Assembly (NCBI GenBank): GCA_051362555.1
Contig: CM120643.1
Span: 22,634,848 to 22,698,847, forward strand
DNA: 64,000 nucleotides
Source: Lingula anatina
Taxonomy: Eukaryota > Animalia > Brachiopoda
Direction: 5' to 3'
Part shown: piece after piece, positions 41,689-54,345 of the stretch
How positions within the stretch are numbered: position 1 is the first letter of the stretch
Layout of the letters: each line of letters starts with the position of its first letter
The notes under the pieces: model-generated
The model's database searches: none
What the model was told of the DNA's origin: nothing
Seen by the model: only the letters and a program-made list of their open reading frames with translations
Position numbers and translations under genes: made by a program

Positions 41689-42165
41689 CTCTCTGAACGA
41701 TGTCGTCCTCCCGGTGTTCTAGAGCGATGCCGACGAGTGCTGTATATCGTAGATTCCTCATAAATGCTTCATGAGCGCTTGCACCACAAAGTTCATGTTG
41801 AAGACCATGTTCATCCTATGTTAGCACCAGACATACCGCTTCGTTCAACTGCGCACCTGTCTGCGCAGGACTCCGGACCACACCGAAGAAAAACGAGAAC
41901 AGCCGGGAACAAAAAATATAGTCCATACAAATAAATATTGGAAAAGAGAAAACTCGGTCTTGTAACTAAACTTATAAAAGCCTTTAAAATCGCAAATGCA
42001 ATTATAAATGAGACAGATCTGGAAATTACTTTATTCAAAGGCAACGCGGATTAATCAAAGAATTTTGGCGTCCTCGTTTCTAAGGCGTGCTTGGGTTGTT
42101 GACAACGCGCACCTGCATGGCGGAACTGTGCTGAGTCTCAGCTCGAAGTCACTCACAATTTTAGA
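41689..42165. promoter_or_regulatory. Bidirectional CpG-rich promoter/5' UTR region shared by the LDLRAD4-like gene and CIMIP1
   Basis: Divergent ATGs ~480 bp apart. CpG visibly elevated over ~41350-42360. X-box-like GTTGTTGACAAC at 42095-42106. ETS-type CCGGAAG at ~41570 and ~41600. Confidence 0.7.
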
Positions 42166-42236
42166 ATGGCTGCAGCCGCGCAATCCCAAGGGAAACAGGT
42201 GGCCGGCTGTAACTATGTCGCTCTGGACGAAATCTG
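42166..42236 (+). CDS. CIMIP1: CIMIP1 exon 1
   Basis: AGAATGG start context, 23 codons plus TG, GTGAG donor (phase 2). Confidence 0.88.
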
Positions 42237-45200
42237 GTGAGATTATTGTAAAAGTGAATTATTTTTCGAAGGCGGGGTACAAACATTTCGCATTGTTTTT
42301 GTCTGGTTGATTGACGACTCTGTCACTCTGTCAACGTCATCGCCACTGCAACGTAATCATGTTTGAGTAATTTCTCACTAACTGGTGTTGTAATTATTTG
42401 ATTTGACATTTATACCAATGACTTCCATTAATCATCTTTCCCTGGAAATACGTGTGTCATTAGCGCTTGTCTAGTTTGCTTCCGTAATTGACTGGGGTAT
42501 ATAAATTCACGTTTTTACTTCCATCACATTAGACCTTCTTTGTGGGAACAAACACTAGTTTAGAATGTTTTGATGCCATCAAATTATTTATGTATATATT
42601 TTTCTTGTTGGAAAACAAAAATGTTCATTTACGTTCTTACTATTTATTTAGTGTTTATTATTAATATTTTCATAATTAACACACATTTTACATTCCACAT
42701 AAAGATATTTAATTTGTAAAAATAAATAAATAAATAGAACATTTCACAAAAAGGAATTGCACTCACTCCAAAATTATATTTAAATGGTATTTAACTACTT
42801 CAGAGACCATTTAAACAGTACATACAGGCTGACCTTATTTTTTAGTCAGATTTAATAACAAGACAACAAGATTGAAAAATAAGATATACATTCTGTGCTG
42901 TCCTACCAGTATCCATGCAGTACCATATTCCTGCCTTTGTTCAAAACTTCTTGCCCATTTCCATCACTAGTATTTTTCAAGGTTTTCCTTAGGCATTTAC
43001 TGAACACTTGGCATGACAAAAAATCATGACTTCTAAAACTGTAATTTATCACAGCCTAAAGAGCCCAGCACTTTTAAAGTAGTTATAATTGTTAATCTTG
43101 TGGTATTGTTTGTGATTTATGCTCTGTATTATAAATACCACAAAATAAAAAAGGTTTAATTGATGCCCACCACAAACAGAGCATGCAGAGTTACCAAACT
43201 ATGTCTGAAACCACTACCAATTATGTTTTTGTAAGTGTATATGTTATAAAAAATAGACTTGAATTGAGCAGTTTTTGGTTGTATGTGTACTGTTACTTTG
43301 ATCAAGAAATAAGAAATTCAAGGCATGTGCAAATTAAAATAAAATTCAGTTGTGCCTATTATTAATGATTTTGCCACTCATTAAAAATTGCAGATATATT
43401 TTAAAAATTTTGTATGGGATAATATAATTCCTAGTCATCTCTGTCCATTTTTTATATCTCTATTAAAAAATTTGAGATGTTTTTTTCTGCATTATATTAT
43501 TATTAATAATAAGAGTTGTGTTATGACAATCAGTTATTATAAAATCATGGACTTTTTTATAAAAATTATATTTTATGGCTTCAAAATTTTTTTCAGTAGC
43601 AGAATATCAAAAATATCCCTGTGAAACTATTTCATTTATTGCAAAACAAGTTTGCATTTTCCTGGTCCTCTAAGAGCGCATTCTCAACGAATTAAGCCAG
43701 GCTTTACAAAGCCGGTGACCTAAAAATGGCGGACGTACATGAAAGAAAAACCGCCTAATCTTTTAATAGTCTCTCCGCCTCTCACACGCCTCCCCACACG
43801 TCGTCCCTGCGGGGTACAGTAATTAAATCTCGGCTCCGAACATTAATATTTCCGTGAATATCTCTGGTGATATTACCTCCGTAGATAGTTGATTCATTGC
43901 TGCTCTACGGGCCAAATTATTCCTTTTTCGTCTCTGTTTTCAAAGATAATAGAACAGAAGAGCTTTTTTCCTTCAATCGCCTTCAGCCGCCATGCTTTCT
44001 TCGCCACGAGTTTAACTGATGAGCATGCGCACTTAATATTTCTCAGGTAGCTTCCGCATGGCGAACGGAGCCGAGATTTAATTACTGTACCCCGCAGGGA
44101 CGACGTGTGGGGAGGCGGAGAGACTATTAAAAGATTAGGCGTTTTTCTTTCATGTACGTCCGCCATTTTTAGGTCACCGGCTTTGTAAAGCCTGGCTTAA
44201 TTCGTTGAGAATGCGCTCTAACACTAGTTTTCTTTCCTTATCTAACTCTCTCCTTATCCTAATAAAACAAAATGCATTTGCTTTTTTTTTCCTCAACTCC
44301 TAGGATATTATTTGAACCAGTGTTTGGTATATATACTACATAAGTATGACATTACAAGAGCAATGCCATATATCTTGAGCAAGGTGGCCACCCATAGTAA
44401 AAAAAACAGAAGCACTTGATAGTGCATGCACAGAGCCTCAAAAGCCACAAATGTCATGAAATTACAGTTGAGTTCACCTTTTAGGTGCAATAAAACATTT
44501 GGGCTATCATTTTGGTGATGTCACATGTTAAGCGTGCTTGTAATTTCATTTTGTTATGGAAAATTGGGTATCTTTAAAATTACATAAACCTACTTTTCTT
44601 GTCATGCATGAAAAAAATTTGTTGATATTTGGAATGCTTTCTCTAATGGATGCTTCATTTTAATAGAAGCAGAAGATGTACATGTACAGTGCTGGTAACG
44701 TTTAAATATATTTTTCTATTTTTATTCAAGTAGACATATTTTTTTCTGATAATCTTGAAAATTAATATTGCAGATAGAAGTAACAATTTTCCTTTCAATC
44801 CTGGATATCAGAGCCTGGTGGGTGGAACATGATGGTGAAACTTTACCCTTAATTTAGCTAATCTTTTTGTCCCAGCAAGGCAAAAAAAGGTTCTTAAATT
44901 AGCATTAAAATGTCATTTCCTAATTGTTTTACTACTTAATACAGCAACTTTTGAAAGAGCCTGTATTTTTCCTCCAAAGTTAAAAATAAATCAATTTAAA
45001 ACTTATTAGCTTAAATTATTTTTTACCATGAAGGATATACCAAAATACAGCTGTGGGCACATATAATTATGATTAACAATTAAACACTTATTACAGAGCT
45101 TGAATATTAACATGTTGCCAATGGATTAATGAAAGCTTCTTGCATTTAAAGTTCATGTTTCCTCAATTAGACACAAGACCATGAAATCTCAAAAACATTG

Positions 45201-45671
45201 CATTAAGTTGGTGATTATCTGGGAAGAACCCTGATCAAGCTTTGCACAATTTTCACAAACGATCACAGTTTTTTTCTCTGAAGAAGTTAAACTTCTTATC
45301 ATTCTTTTTACATTGCACCAAATTGTTGGGGCCTGGAGCATTGGTTAGACTTAAGGGGATATGCACCTTCATTTTATATCCCTCATGAGTTCTGTCTGAC
45401 TGTGGATTATAACAGATCATTTTAAATATTAATGTCTAACCTTGAAAAGTGTCAAAATAACAACTAACCTGGATATCTGGTAATTTGTGATAATGGATCG
45501 GCTTATTTTAAAGCCGTGCTAAAATTTTGCCAGTTTTTCTGTGTATGTCAATATGCATGTAAATACAGATTGTGGCATTTACATTATGAATAATTTGTTT
45601 TTAAGATGTCTGTTTTTATAGGGTTTTGATGCCCAACACCCCCAACCCTCCCCCCCCCCCCCAAAAAAAAA

Positions 45672-45706
<35 letters not shown>

Positions 45707-47157
45707 AGATAATAATAATAATAATGATAACTAGAAAAGCACTCTGAGAGCGCAGACCTCCGCCCAGGCAGCGATTTTTGATTATTATTGATTGATTATT
45801 GATCCGGATCACCAACAAAAACAAATCACTTCTAAGTTAACCCATTTTCCACCTTCCCTGAAAATTTCATCAAAATCAGTCCATAACTTTTTGAGTTAAG
45901 TTGATGACAGACAGACAGGGGTGAAAACATAACCTCCTTGGCGGAGGTAATAACAGAAAATACAATGAACAAATATTTTTGGGATTCTCTATTACTGGTG
46001 AAGCATTATTTAATTTGATTAAACAAGCAAAGATATGCAGCTGTAAATGTACACATTTAATACATTTTTCATGTGGTTTAAGTTGGATAAACAGTTATCT
46101 GTACATGCCTTCATTACTTTGAAAATTTCCAATTAAAATACAGTTTTTGAGCAGAAGCATTTATTTCATTATTCCAAAGGATGCTATGTGTTAAATATTT
46201 TACCACAAGTATCATATATAAATTGTATTGCAATCTCTTTATAATCAAGCCCTGCTAAGACTTATTTAAAATATATGGAAATTAATCACTAAAAAAAAAT
46301 TAAGTCAATTAATTGTAGTTCACAAAACATTGTTTTATTGGCAATGTATGAAAATAATGCTATTTCTCTTCATGTGAGAATATATATTTTTTTGTGATTT
46401 CAAGCAAAAATGGTAAAACTAAGAGTCTCAGGTCCCAAATTAAATTTGTGAAGTGTTAAAATTTTGACTTATTAGTAGTATTTACTAGTACTGTGATGAG
46501 TTTATGGAAATAGCACATTACTACTGGTGATCTATATAGAACACATTAGTTTTGGTATTCTATGTAGAACATATTCATTAGACCCTATCCTGGGGAAGCG
46601 CTAGCAATTTTTTTTCGCTTGGCCAAATCATCACTCTTTTGTCAATTTGTTATCCAAATGGTGTTAATTTGACTAAAATGAGTCAAATCAAGCCCTTTTT
46701 ATTTAGCCAATTTAAAGGGATAATAACTCTTCGTATGATATCTATATTTCACAGTAAAAACCTTGTGAATAACTCATAGAAATATAATATATTCTGTTTT
46801 ACCAAAAAACAGCAGTTATAGCTTTTATTCTGATATCTGAACTTGTCTTTAGACCACGTGACCTCCATTGATGTCTATACTCTGTTAAAATCTCTTAAGA
46901 GATTTTAACAAAAAACCAAACTTTTTAGAAAAAAACCAGGGACTAACTTTGAATGTAAAAATGGATTCATTAACCATTGGTAAGTATGGGAAAATTGTTG
47001 TTTACTCCAGGAAAATTCATTTTTTGGCCAAAACGAAGAGTTATTATTGCTTTAAGTCGGTTTTAGCATCCTAAAAATAAACTTATGCTTGATTCAACAG
47101 AACCAAAATGTTCTCATATGTTGATTAATTTCTGAGTACCAACAAACCTGGATAACA

Positions 47158-47199
<42 letters not shown>

Positions 47200-48714
47200 T
47201 ATTGCTCTTGAGAAGAAAAAAATATATTAAATCTTGTGACACGCCTTTTGATTTTTTTTTTAATATAAATGTATATATATTTTTTTCAATTTGATTGTAG
47301 AATACAATTTTCACCCTTGATCTTGACTTGCACCTCTTCCAAAAGCCTAGCAAATTAATGAGACAGTTGCCCTTGGGTATAACAACACCATCTGTACATG
47401 TTATTTCCTGAGATTTGTTTTAATGTGTGTCTTAGCCATGGGTTTAAGATAATACCTCCCTTGTTTTATTTTTTTATCACGCACACTATAAACGAAAGTA
47501 TATGCACAAGGTACCATGTGAAAGGAAATTGAAATTTTTAACCATGCTTTACTTTCTCTTTTGCTTAAATGTGTTACTGTTATACTGTAGAAGGCATGTA
47601 GCATATTAATAAAGAGATGTGTATTTTTAGCATAGAGCCTAAGGATCCCTTAAAATTGCCCTCTTAAATGGGCAAATGAAATACTGTTTCCAGTAGCAAT
47701 GTCATGGTGTCAAATTAAAAAAATAATAATATAAAAAAATGTCTGTTAGTATCCGTTATATTTCAAAGCTTTATGATGATATATTGATATTTTAGGAAGG
47801 ACCACATTCATTTAGAAGTGTCAGCCTCTAAACAATGGCCAGAGAGTTGGGGATTCCTCAGCCAAAGATACGAGGATGTAAGTGAATTGACTGAAATGTT
47901 GATCAAAAAAGAGTGAAAGAATTAATAAAATAAAATAAGGCAGGGAAGAAAAAAAGAAGGATAAATGGACAGAAAAATGGAAATGCAAATGAAACTGAGA
48001 GTGAAGTAATAGAGTAAGAAAGAAAAAAAAAACAAAGAATAAACAAATGAATGACTGAATGAATGGACGAGGAAGGCAATAGCTATAAAATTTCAATTCT
48101 CAGTTTAATCAAAGCTGCCTTTTGACAGTTTAGATTTTTTTAAAAATTATGCGTGTGCATTACCAGATGGAGTAACCATGTTTCATTTAGAACTAGTCTT
48201 AAAAAGGTAAATTTCAGATGATTTAAAGATCTAGAAGAGTGGACAACTTTAAGATTAAGTCATAGATTTTTATTCTAAAACAGGCTGACTTCTTAGAATA
48301 TTTCCTAAACTGCAGTAAGTACTACAGTGTATTTATAATATTTAATCGTATTTATTTCCCATCAAAAATGGTGAAAATCATGAAAAAGGTTGAGCTGTGC
48401 AAATTTTTCGTTCTTTGGGGCATGCATATGAAATGTTTTGTTATTCTTATTAATAGCTGGTGCAGGGCGAAGTGACGAAAAAAACGCGAACAGAACGCCA
48501 CGTTCCAACACCACTTAGACTTCCTCCTATTACACCAATAGAAAAAATCATCAATGTCAAACCATCTCCAAAGCCCTTCCCAATGACGACGGCACGCACC
48601 ATAGGCTGGCGATCCTCTCGGCCAGAGTATGCGTTGGAGAGGTACGGGAGATATGCCAATCCTAAGGGAGGACTAATAAAACAGCTGAACTGGCCACTAG
48701 ATGGCATTGATTAA
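42166..48714 (+). CDS. CIMIP1: Ciliary microtubule inner protein 1 (C20orf85/LLC1 family), 3 exons, 136 aa
   Basis: Exons 42166-42236, 47796-47877 and 48457-48714 join in frame: MAAAAQSQGKQVAGCNYVALDEIW-KDHIHLEVSASKQWPESWGFLSQRYED-LVQGE..ITPIEKIINVKPSP..TT..IGWRS..QLNWPLDGID. This matches recalled human C20orf85 motifs (DEIWK, NWPQNWGFL, VTPVEKYIKVFPSP, TTQGFIGWRS, ELCWP). Confidence 0.92.
43674..44218. mobile_element. MITE with ~155-165-bp TIRs and TAA target duplication (PIF/Harbinger/Tourist-like), in CIMIP1 intron 1
   Basis: Near-perfect TIRs at 43674-43838 and 44066-44218 beginning GAGCGCATTCTCAACG. TAA at 43671-43673 and 44219-44221. Confidence 0.9.
45729..45952 (-). mobile_element. 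Short HINE-type element
   Basis: AACTAG terminus, hairpin GCACTCTGAGAGCGC, subTIRs ACCTCCGCCCAGG (45756-45768) and CCTTGGCGGAGGT (45936-45948), (GACA)n microsatellite. Same layout as the 18.8-22.7 kb element. Confidence 0.8.
46590..47069. mobile_element. MITE copy (same family as 27497-27674), interrupted and 3'-truncated
   Basis: GCTAGCAATTTTT..GCCAAATCA..CAATTTGTTATCCAAATGG..AATTTGACTAAAA..TTTAGCCAATTTAA is shared with the 27497 copy; similarity resumes (TTTTAGCAT) after the nested element. Confidence 0.8.
46716..47051. mobile_element. Non-autonomous DNA transposon with TTAA TSD (Kolobok-like), nested in a MITE
   Basis: TIRs AGGGATAATAACTCTTCGT and ACGAAGAGTTATTATTGCT (17/19 match). TTAA at 46712-46715 and 47052-47055. 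Confidence 0.8.
47159..47199. repeat. (TTA)n microsatellite
   Basis: Directly visible. Confidence 0.9.
47796..47877 (+). CDS. CIMIP1: CIMIP1 exon 2
   Basis: TTTTAG acceptor, GTAAGT donor; encodes WPESWGFL. Confidence 0.92.
48457..48714 (+). CDS. CIMIP1: CIMIP1 exon 3 (terminal)
   Basis: TAATAG acceptor; TT..IGWRS motif; TAA stop at 48712-48714. Confidence 0.93.
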   Translation: MVQGEVTKKTRTERHVPTPLRLPPITPIEKIINVKPSPKPFPMTTARTIGWRSSRPEYALERYGRYANPKGGLIKQLNWPLDGID

Positions 48715-48879
48715 CATCAAACAGGACATTCCATCTCCCATGCATTCTTGGTGTATATGTGTATAAATATAACATACAAACTCAGTTTAATTTTTTGTTA
48801 AGTATTGTAAGTGAGATGCAACACTCAAACCATCCACACGGCATTAGGTGCTGCCCATCATTATTGCTTTCCCCGTATA

Positions 48880-48885
48880 AATAAA
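48880..48885 (+). terminator. Probable CIMIP1 polyadenylation signal
   Basis: AATAAA about 165 nt after the stop codon. Confidence 0.5.
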
Positions 48886-51800
48886 GTCTCGACATTTAAT
48901 AATGGACTGAAGATTTAATCTTTAGGTCAGACAAGTTCAGCAACTTTGTTAGGGCTGTTGTATATATAGTGGGGGAGTTCCTTCTTATTTTACCAGGTTA
49001 AGTAAATGTATGATGATCATAAAAAATTGCATGTAACAAGGCATTAGAGATGTGTTTTTGGTACTCTTATCATGATCAAAAATTGCGTAATATGTGTCAC
49101 GTGATGTAGTTAATGTCAATTAAGTAGATGAATTGATGCACATCATCACAAAATTCAATGATAAAAGTCATCAACAAAAACTTTCCAGCAACTCATTAAA
49201 ACCTAACATCAGCAGAAGCTAATTAAAGTAATTACCAATGAGTCAGTACATAGTGATTAAGTCATTTTCTCAAAATAGCGATATATAAATAAAGAAAGAT
49301 ACAAAGAAAAGAGGATAATTGTCCCACCTGGAGTCAATTCAGTACCAATTTTCTCAGTTCTTTTGGGTTTATTTGTGATTATCTAAGGTCGTGGTATCAA
49401 AATTATCATCATTTATTATTTGCCGTTCGAGGCTTCTCATATTATTAGAATGTAAACTTGTGTAATCGATACCCTCAGACTCAGACAAAAAAAATCTTGG
49501 AAAATCATGCATACAGTGACATTGGGTACAAAAATGTTTGCAAATTTTCTTCGGTAAAGTAATGTTAAACAAACAATAGATATTTGTCAGTCTTATATAA
49601 CTTTAAGGAATAAAGGATTACCCCTCACTAAATACCTCAGCTCAAAATATTATCTTATGTGCATTATTCAATGACATAATATGTTGACGTAAGTGGTTGC
49701 CACCACATTTTCATATTCATAATGCATTAGAAGCAAAACGCCTTGACAACCAAGCATCAATTTTCCACGTTTAACTGAGCTTGTATTTTATATTACATGT
49801 AAAGTCAACTGCATACTTTGACTATTTGCTCACGATTCTCTCTGGGATTCTTTGTGATAGACGTGCTCACAAATGGCTTAAGTTTTGGAAAAAAAACCTG
49901 TTTTCTTACATTTTCATCTTCATGTCTAGGGCATCCATTATTGTGTTTCTAGGTGCGACAGAATTAAGTACAGATGACTAGAAAAGAATTTGCGTCACTA
50001 AATAATTGCATAATATTGCATCTGCATTTAAAACTGGAGAAACTTAAATTGTAACAAAATTCAAAACAGTTGACAGAAAAGTAGTAAAGCCAGGGCCTTT
50101 TAGCCCAAGTTGGTTTAAGTCTCTTGATTTGAACCACATTTCATTAATACATGATTTCTTTTAGTACCAGTTTGTGTATGTATTCATATAGGTTAAACTG
50201 AAGAACTTCATAAATACTCTGAAAAATAAGTTGTCATCTTGTATCATTTGTGTCATGTACCAGTTAGTGACAGTTACCTTTTGGACAGATCATTTCCTAA
50301 TGGAACTGGTGTGCATAATTTGGCAAAAAAGGCATTTTTAATGCAAATTTTCCACCTGTCAGCAATGATACAAATCTTCTCAAGATGTTGTTCTTTTTTT
50401 CATTATTTATTTATCAAGACAATCTTAGAATCATCATTATGACAGCTTTCATGTTTTGGAATTGTAAATTGTCTGACAGAGGACTCTTGCCAAGTCTGAA
50501 AGACAACATTCTTAAGTGGACTATTTCTTCATGTGATCACTTACAGCAATAAATATTTAAAGTTTTTTTCTTTGTGTTGTTATCAGATGTCTCTTAGGCT
50601 TACATGAATATAAATTACATTTACCAAATTTAAATGGTTGTAATTTATGTTGGCTAGAGTGAATTTTAAAAATATTATTTTAAACCTATTTGTTATTGTT
50701 AATGTGAAAGGATGGATTTTTATAATGCTCTTTTAAAGTGAGTGCTATTGATAAAAAAGCTTGCTAAAAATGCGCACAAACATTTTTTATCCAAATCTAT
50801 CAATTTTTCTCAGTAAGTTTGAAAGATTAGATACAAATAATTTTTTTAAAAAAAGTTAACTAACAATCAATAAATCAGATTTCAAGTGCATGTAACATAT
50901 CATTTGTTAAATGTCTACTTGATTAAAATTTTAACCAAAAGTACTAAAATTTTACATTTGCAGATTATCTGTCAAACAGACCTAAAGGGGTTGCTTTTAG
51001 TAGTATGTTGGCAATTTAGTTTTATGGTTTGAAAGACTGCTAACAAGTATCTGGCCTGGAGCTGTTCAAACAAAATTACTGCTGACAATTTTTATGTTAC
51101 TGCAAGTGTACCTCTTACATAAGAGACTGCAGTCTAACATGGAAATGTGAAATTCAAACTTTATTTTGTGTGCCTGTTATAGGTACATAACACAAAATAT
51201 GATATGGAATTGAAAAAGGTTTTTGTACATGTAATACTGTGTTGTTGAGATACTAGCCGGCAGTAGGGTGTTTGCCTCTTGCATAATGTTCTCACGTTCC
51301 ATATTTCTCTTATTTTCTCTTTCAATATTTTCATACAACGAATAGATAAAACACGCATGTCCTCATGTTTCATTTGTCATTCTTTCTCCTGCAACATCTT
51401 TGTACAGTGAAATAGGCATTTTATCGTACCTTGTGGCATGATGATAAAAAATTGTAAATTGTTTCTAACATTACAACAGGCCTGCTGCAAATTTGCTGCT
51501 AACTGCAATTCTTTCTTATAAATTTATAGCAAATTTGCTGCAAATAAGCAGCAATAAAATTTTTCTTGCAAACTCCTGCTAACTTATTGCCTCAAACTTT
51601 TCATTCTTCTAAGACAGTAAATTTTTCAACTATGTCCTCTAGGGCTCACATTGACAGGTCAGTCATGTGATCAAGGCCCTTTGATGATGCAGGGTCAAAA
51701 TGTTTGGGCTCGTAGGTTAAAAAAGGGTAATTGGAATGGAATTCCATCAGCTGTGCTATGTTATAAGAATAAAGTGGATTTTTTTCTTCAAGTTTTATCG

Positions 51801-52510
51801 TACAGCTTTATTGAAATTGTCTGTCTAGAGCATCTTCAATATAAGGTGTTGATTGAAAGAAGAATTCAATTACACTCTTTTCATGTTTTATCTCTTTAAA
51901 AATATTATATTTTCTTTACCAATATTTTTTGCAAGGTTTGATAGTTTTTAAAATAATATAGTGGAATCGGATGTTGCTACTACCCATCATCCCCGTGGAC
52001 TTTTCTCTATATATTGTGGAATACATGCAATGTAGTTGCTGACTACCTCCTACAGTACAGTATTAAGTTTGCTGCTTGCTCTCAAGCATTCAATATTAAA
52101 TTTTGGCATAATTTAATGGTATAATGTCCAGACATCTGAAGAAAACACTATACCATCCCTTAAAAAAAAACGATTACGTGAAGTCCACAGCACACTGCCA
52201 AGCAAATGAATGTAGGACTTTAATGCTTGGCCCGCCAACAAGTGGTTAATATAGTGACAGAATTCAATCAAAATTCAATGATCAGCATGGACATTTAATT
52301 TTCAGGAGTAACATTTAGAAACCATGCACATAGCCTTTGATTATTTTTAACAAGAGAATGCATTAATCAAGGACTATCTTAGGTATAAAAGGACTGAAAA
52401 GAGTTAAGAAGAAGACAGGGTGATGAGCATAAAATGTGTCAAAGAGGACATAATTAGTGTTCTGAAACTCGAGGAGATTTGGCTTAAGGAGGTGGTCTAA
52501 AAGCTCTCAA

Positions 52511-52714
52511 GCTGCATTCACAACAGAAGTAGATCTGCACACTAACAGATCCGTGGACCAAGTATGGCCAACCCACTTGAATGCTTGTCACGTAGTCCCT
52601 TAGGGAGTTGATTAGGGGTTATGCAACAAGCTTTCAAGTGGGTCAGCCATATTTTTGATATGTAGATCGATCTGTTATCAGTAGTCTGCAGACCAACTGA
52701 TTGTGAAAACAGCC
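52511..52714. mobile_element. Palindromic MITE, family B
   Basis: TIRs GCTGCATTCACAA and TTGTGAAAACAGC; shares AGATCCGTGGA and CAAGCTTTCAAGTGGGT with 26027-26218. Confidence 0.7.
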
Positions 52715-52762
52715 TTATAGGTAGTCTAGCTAAGAGCTCTTACAGCCAGGGTGACAAGATTT

Positions 52763-52993
52763 GCGAGCATTCACATCGAGAGAGCCGAGGTCTAGCAAGG
52801 CCGAGACCTAAATATGGCGGATCTACATGAAAGGAAGATCGCGTAATCCTTTAATGGTCTCTCAATGACATTCATTGAGAGACTATTCACTGAGAGACTA
52901 TTAAAGGATTACGCGGTCTTCCTTTCATGTAGGTCTGCCATATTTAGGACTCAGCCTTGCTAGACCTCGGCTCTTCTCGATGTTAATGCTCTC
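52763..52993. mobile_element. Palindromic MITE related to the 43674 element (TIR-only derivative)
   Basis: ~230-bp near-perfect hairpin sharing GACCTAAA.ATGGCGGA..TACATGAAAG.A.A..CGC.TAATC.TTTAAT.GTCTCTC with the 43674 TIR. Confidence 0.85.
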
Positions 52994-54108
52994 TCAGGCA
53001 GTCTTTAAATAGTCATCATTAAGGGTAAGAATAGTCAGCTGTGTTGAAGAGGGGCACTGTCAGCAACTTGGGGTGGTGACAATAGGGATCCCAGATTATA
53101 GTGAGGGTGGGGGGATATTTTTTAAACATTTCTCCACTCTGCAAATATAAAACAGCAGGCCTGGGTAGTTTTGAATTAATTGCTTTGTTTTGTCTCTTTT
53201 CGAATGTTTTACTTTTTTTTCTCTTTTGAGGGGGAAGGGGGAAGATGAAGGAGCTATCTCAGAAGATGGGGGGTGGGGGGACACTGCACCCTTTCCACGA
53301 TTCATCACTGCATAAAATCTGACCGTATCGTAATAAGCATTCAGAAAATCGGAGTGCCCATGATCTCCTTTTGTATGATTTCTTTTTTTCAAACTGTGTA
53401 AGCCTTCATTTTTTCATCACTGTCAAGTATTATCATAAAGAAACACTTTGCCACGTACCAGGATAAAACCTTAAATGTAATGAAAAGTGAACAAACAACA
53501 TTGTTATGTCATTTCCTTGCAAATTAACGATAATTTGCGTGCTGACGTCTAATTTTGTGTTTTTTTATGTCTGTTAGGAAGGCGTACCTCCATCCTGTAA
53601 GTCTTCACAGGAAAACATAATTACGCAGTCTGATATTGAGGCAGTAATTTTCAAAATGCCATTTTTTTCTTCTGCTAGGTTTTGTAAGTGCTACTAAACC
53701 TTTGCCTGCAGCATAAGGAGAGTCTTTATCGTGTTCAACCAGTTAACTCACTGTCAAGAAAGCCCTTAATTTTTTAAGTCTGTGTTATTGGCACAAGATA
53801 CAAAACATGATGGATAGAAGTTTTTGTAACTGTCTTGATGACTGGTATGGAAAAATAGACATAATCTATGTTTTACAGTATATTATTGTTAAGGTATTTG
53901 TAATGCAAAATCTCCACCCATTCTCAAACATTCGTGATTGTACAAAAAAAAAAGGGCCTGTCAACCAAAAAGTTACACTACTGAAGTCGATTGTGCACTT
54001 ATACCAAGGTGACATTTACTCATGGCATGGTTAAAATGAGGATGTGGAACACATGGTAATTTGTTGACCACTTTTATTTGTTTTGGGAGGTTGACAACTT
54101 AACAGCCA

Positions 54109-54345
54109 GGACCCAGATTCATCAACACTGGATACTGGATAACGCTATTCACTGTATAAAATATTTATCCACTGGACAGTTATCCTGTGGGTAAAATAAT
54201 GTCTCCCAGACATTAGATTTTTTTATTTTCGTCCCTGATTTTGCTCTCTGGTGGTTAAAATGGCTGTTATACTCAGGATAAATGTCCAGAGGATAATTTT
54301 AACCAAGGGATAGTGTTATCCATAGGATGTTGATGAAACTGAGCC
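54109..54345. mobile_element. Palindromic MITE relic
   Basis: TIRs GGACCCAGATTCATCAACA and TGTTGATGAAACTGAGCC; inner arms GGATAACGCTAT and ATAGTGTTATCC. Confidence 0.7.

Noticed and set aside
41811-42310. ORFs 41811-42044 (minus) and 42008-42310 (plus) in the promoter
   Set aside because: Better explained as promoter/UTR sequence; the true CIMIP1 exon 1 is in another frame.
51478-51600. GCAAATTTGCTGC mini-repeats
   Set aside because: Probably a transposon relic, but no termini or TSD could be identified.
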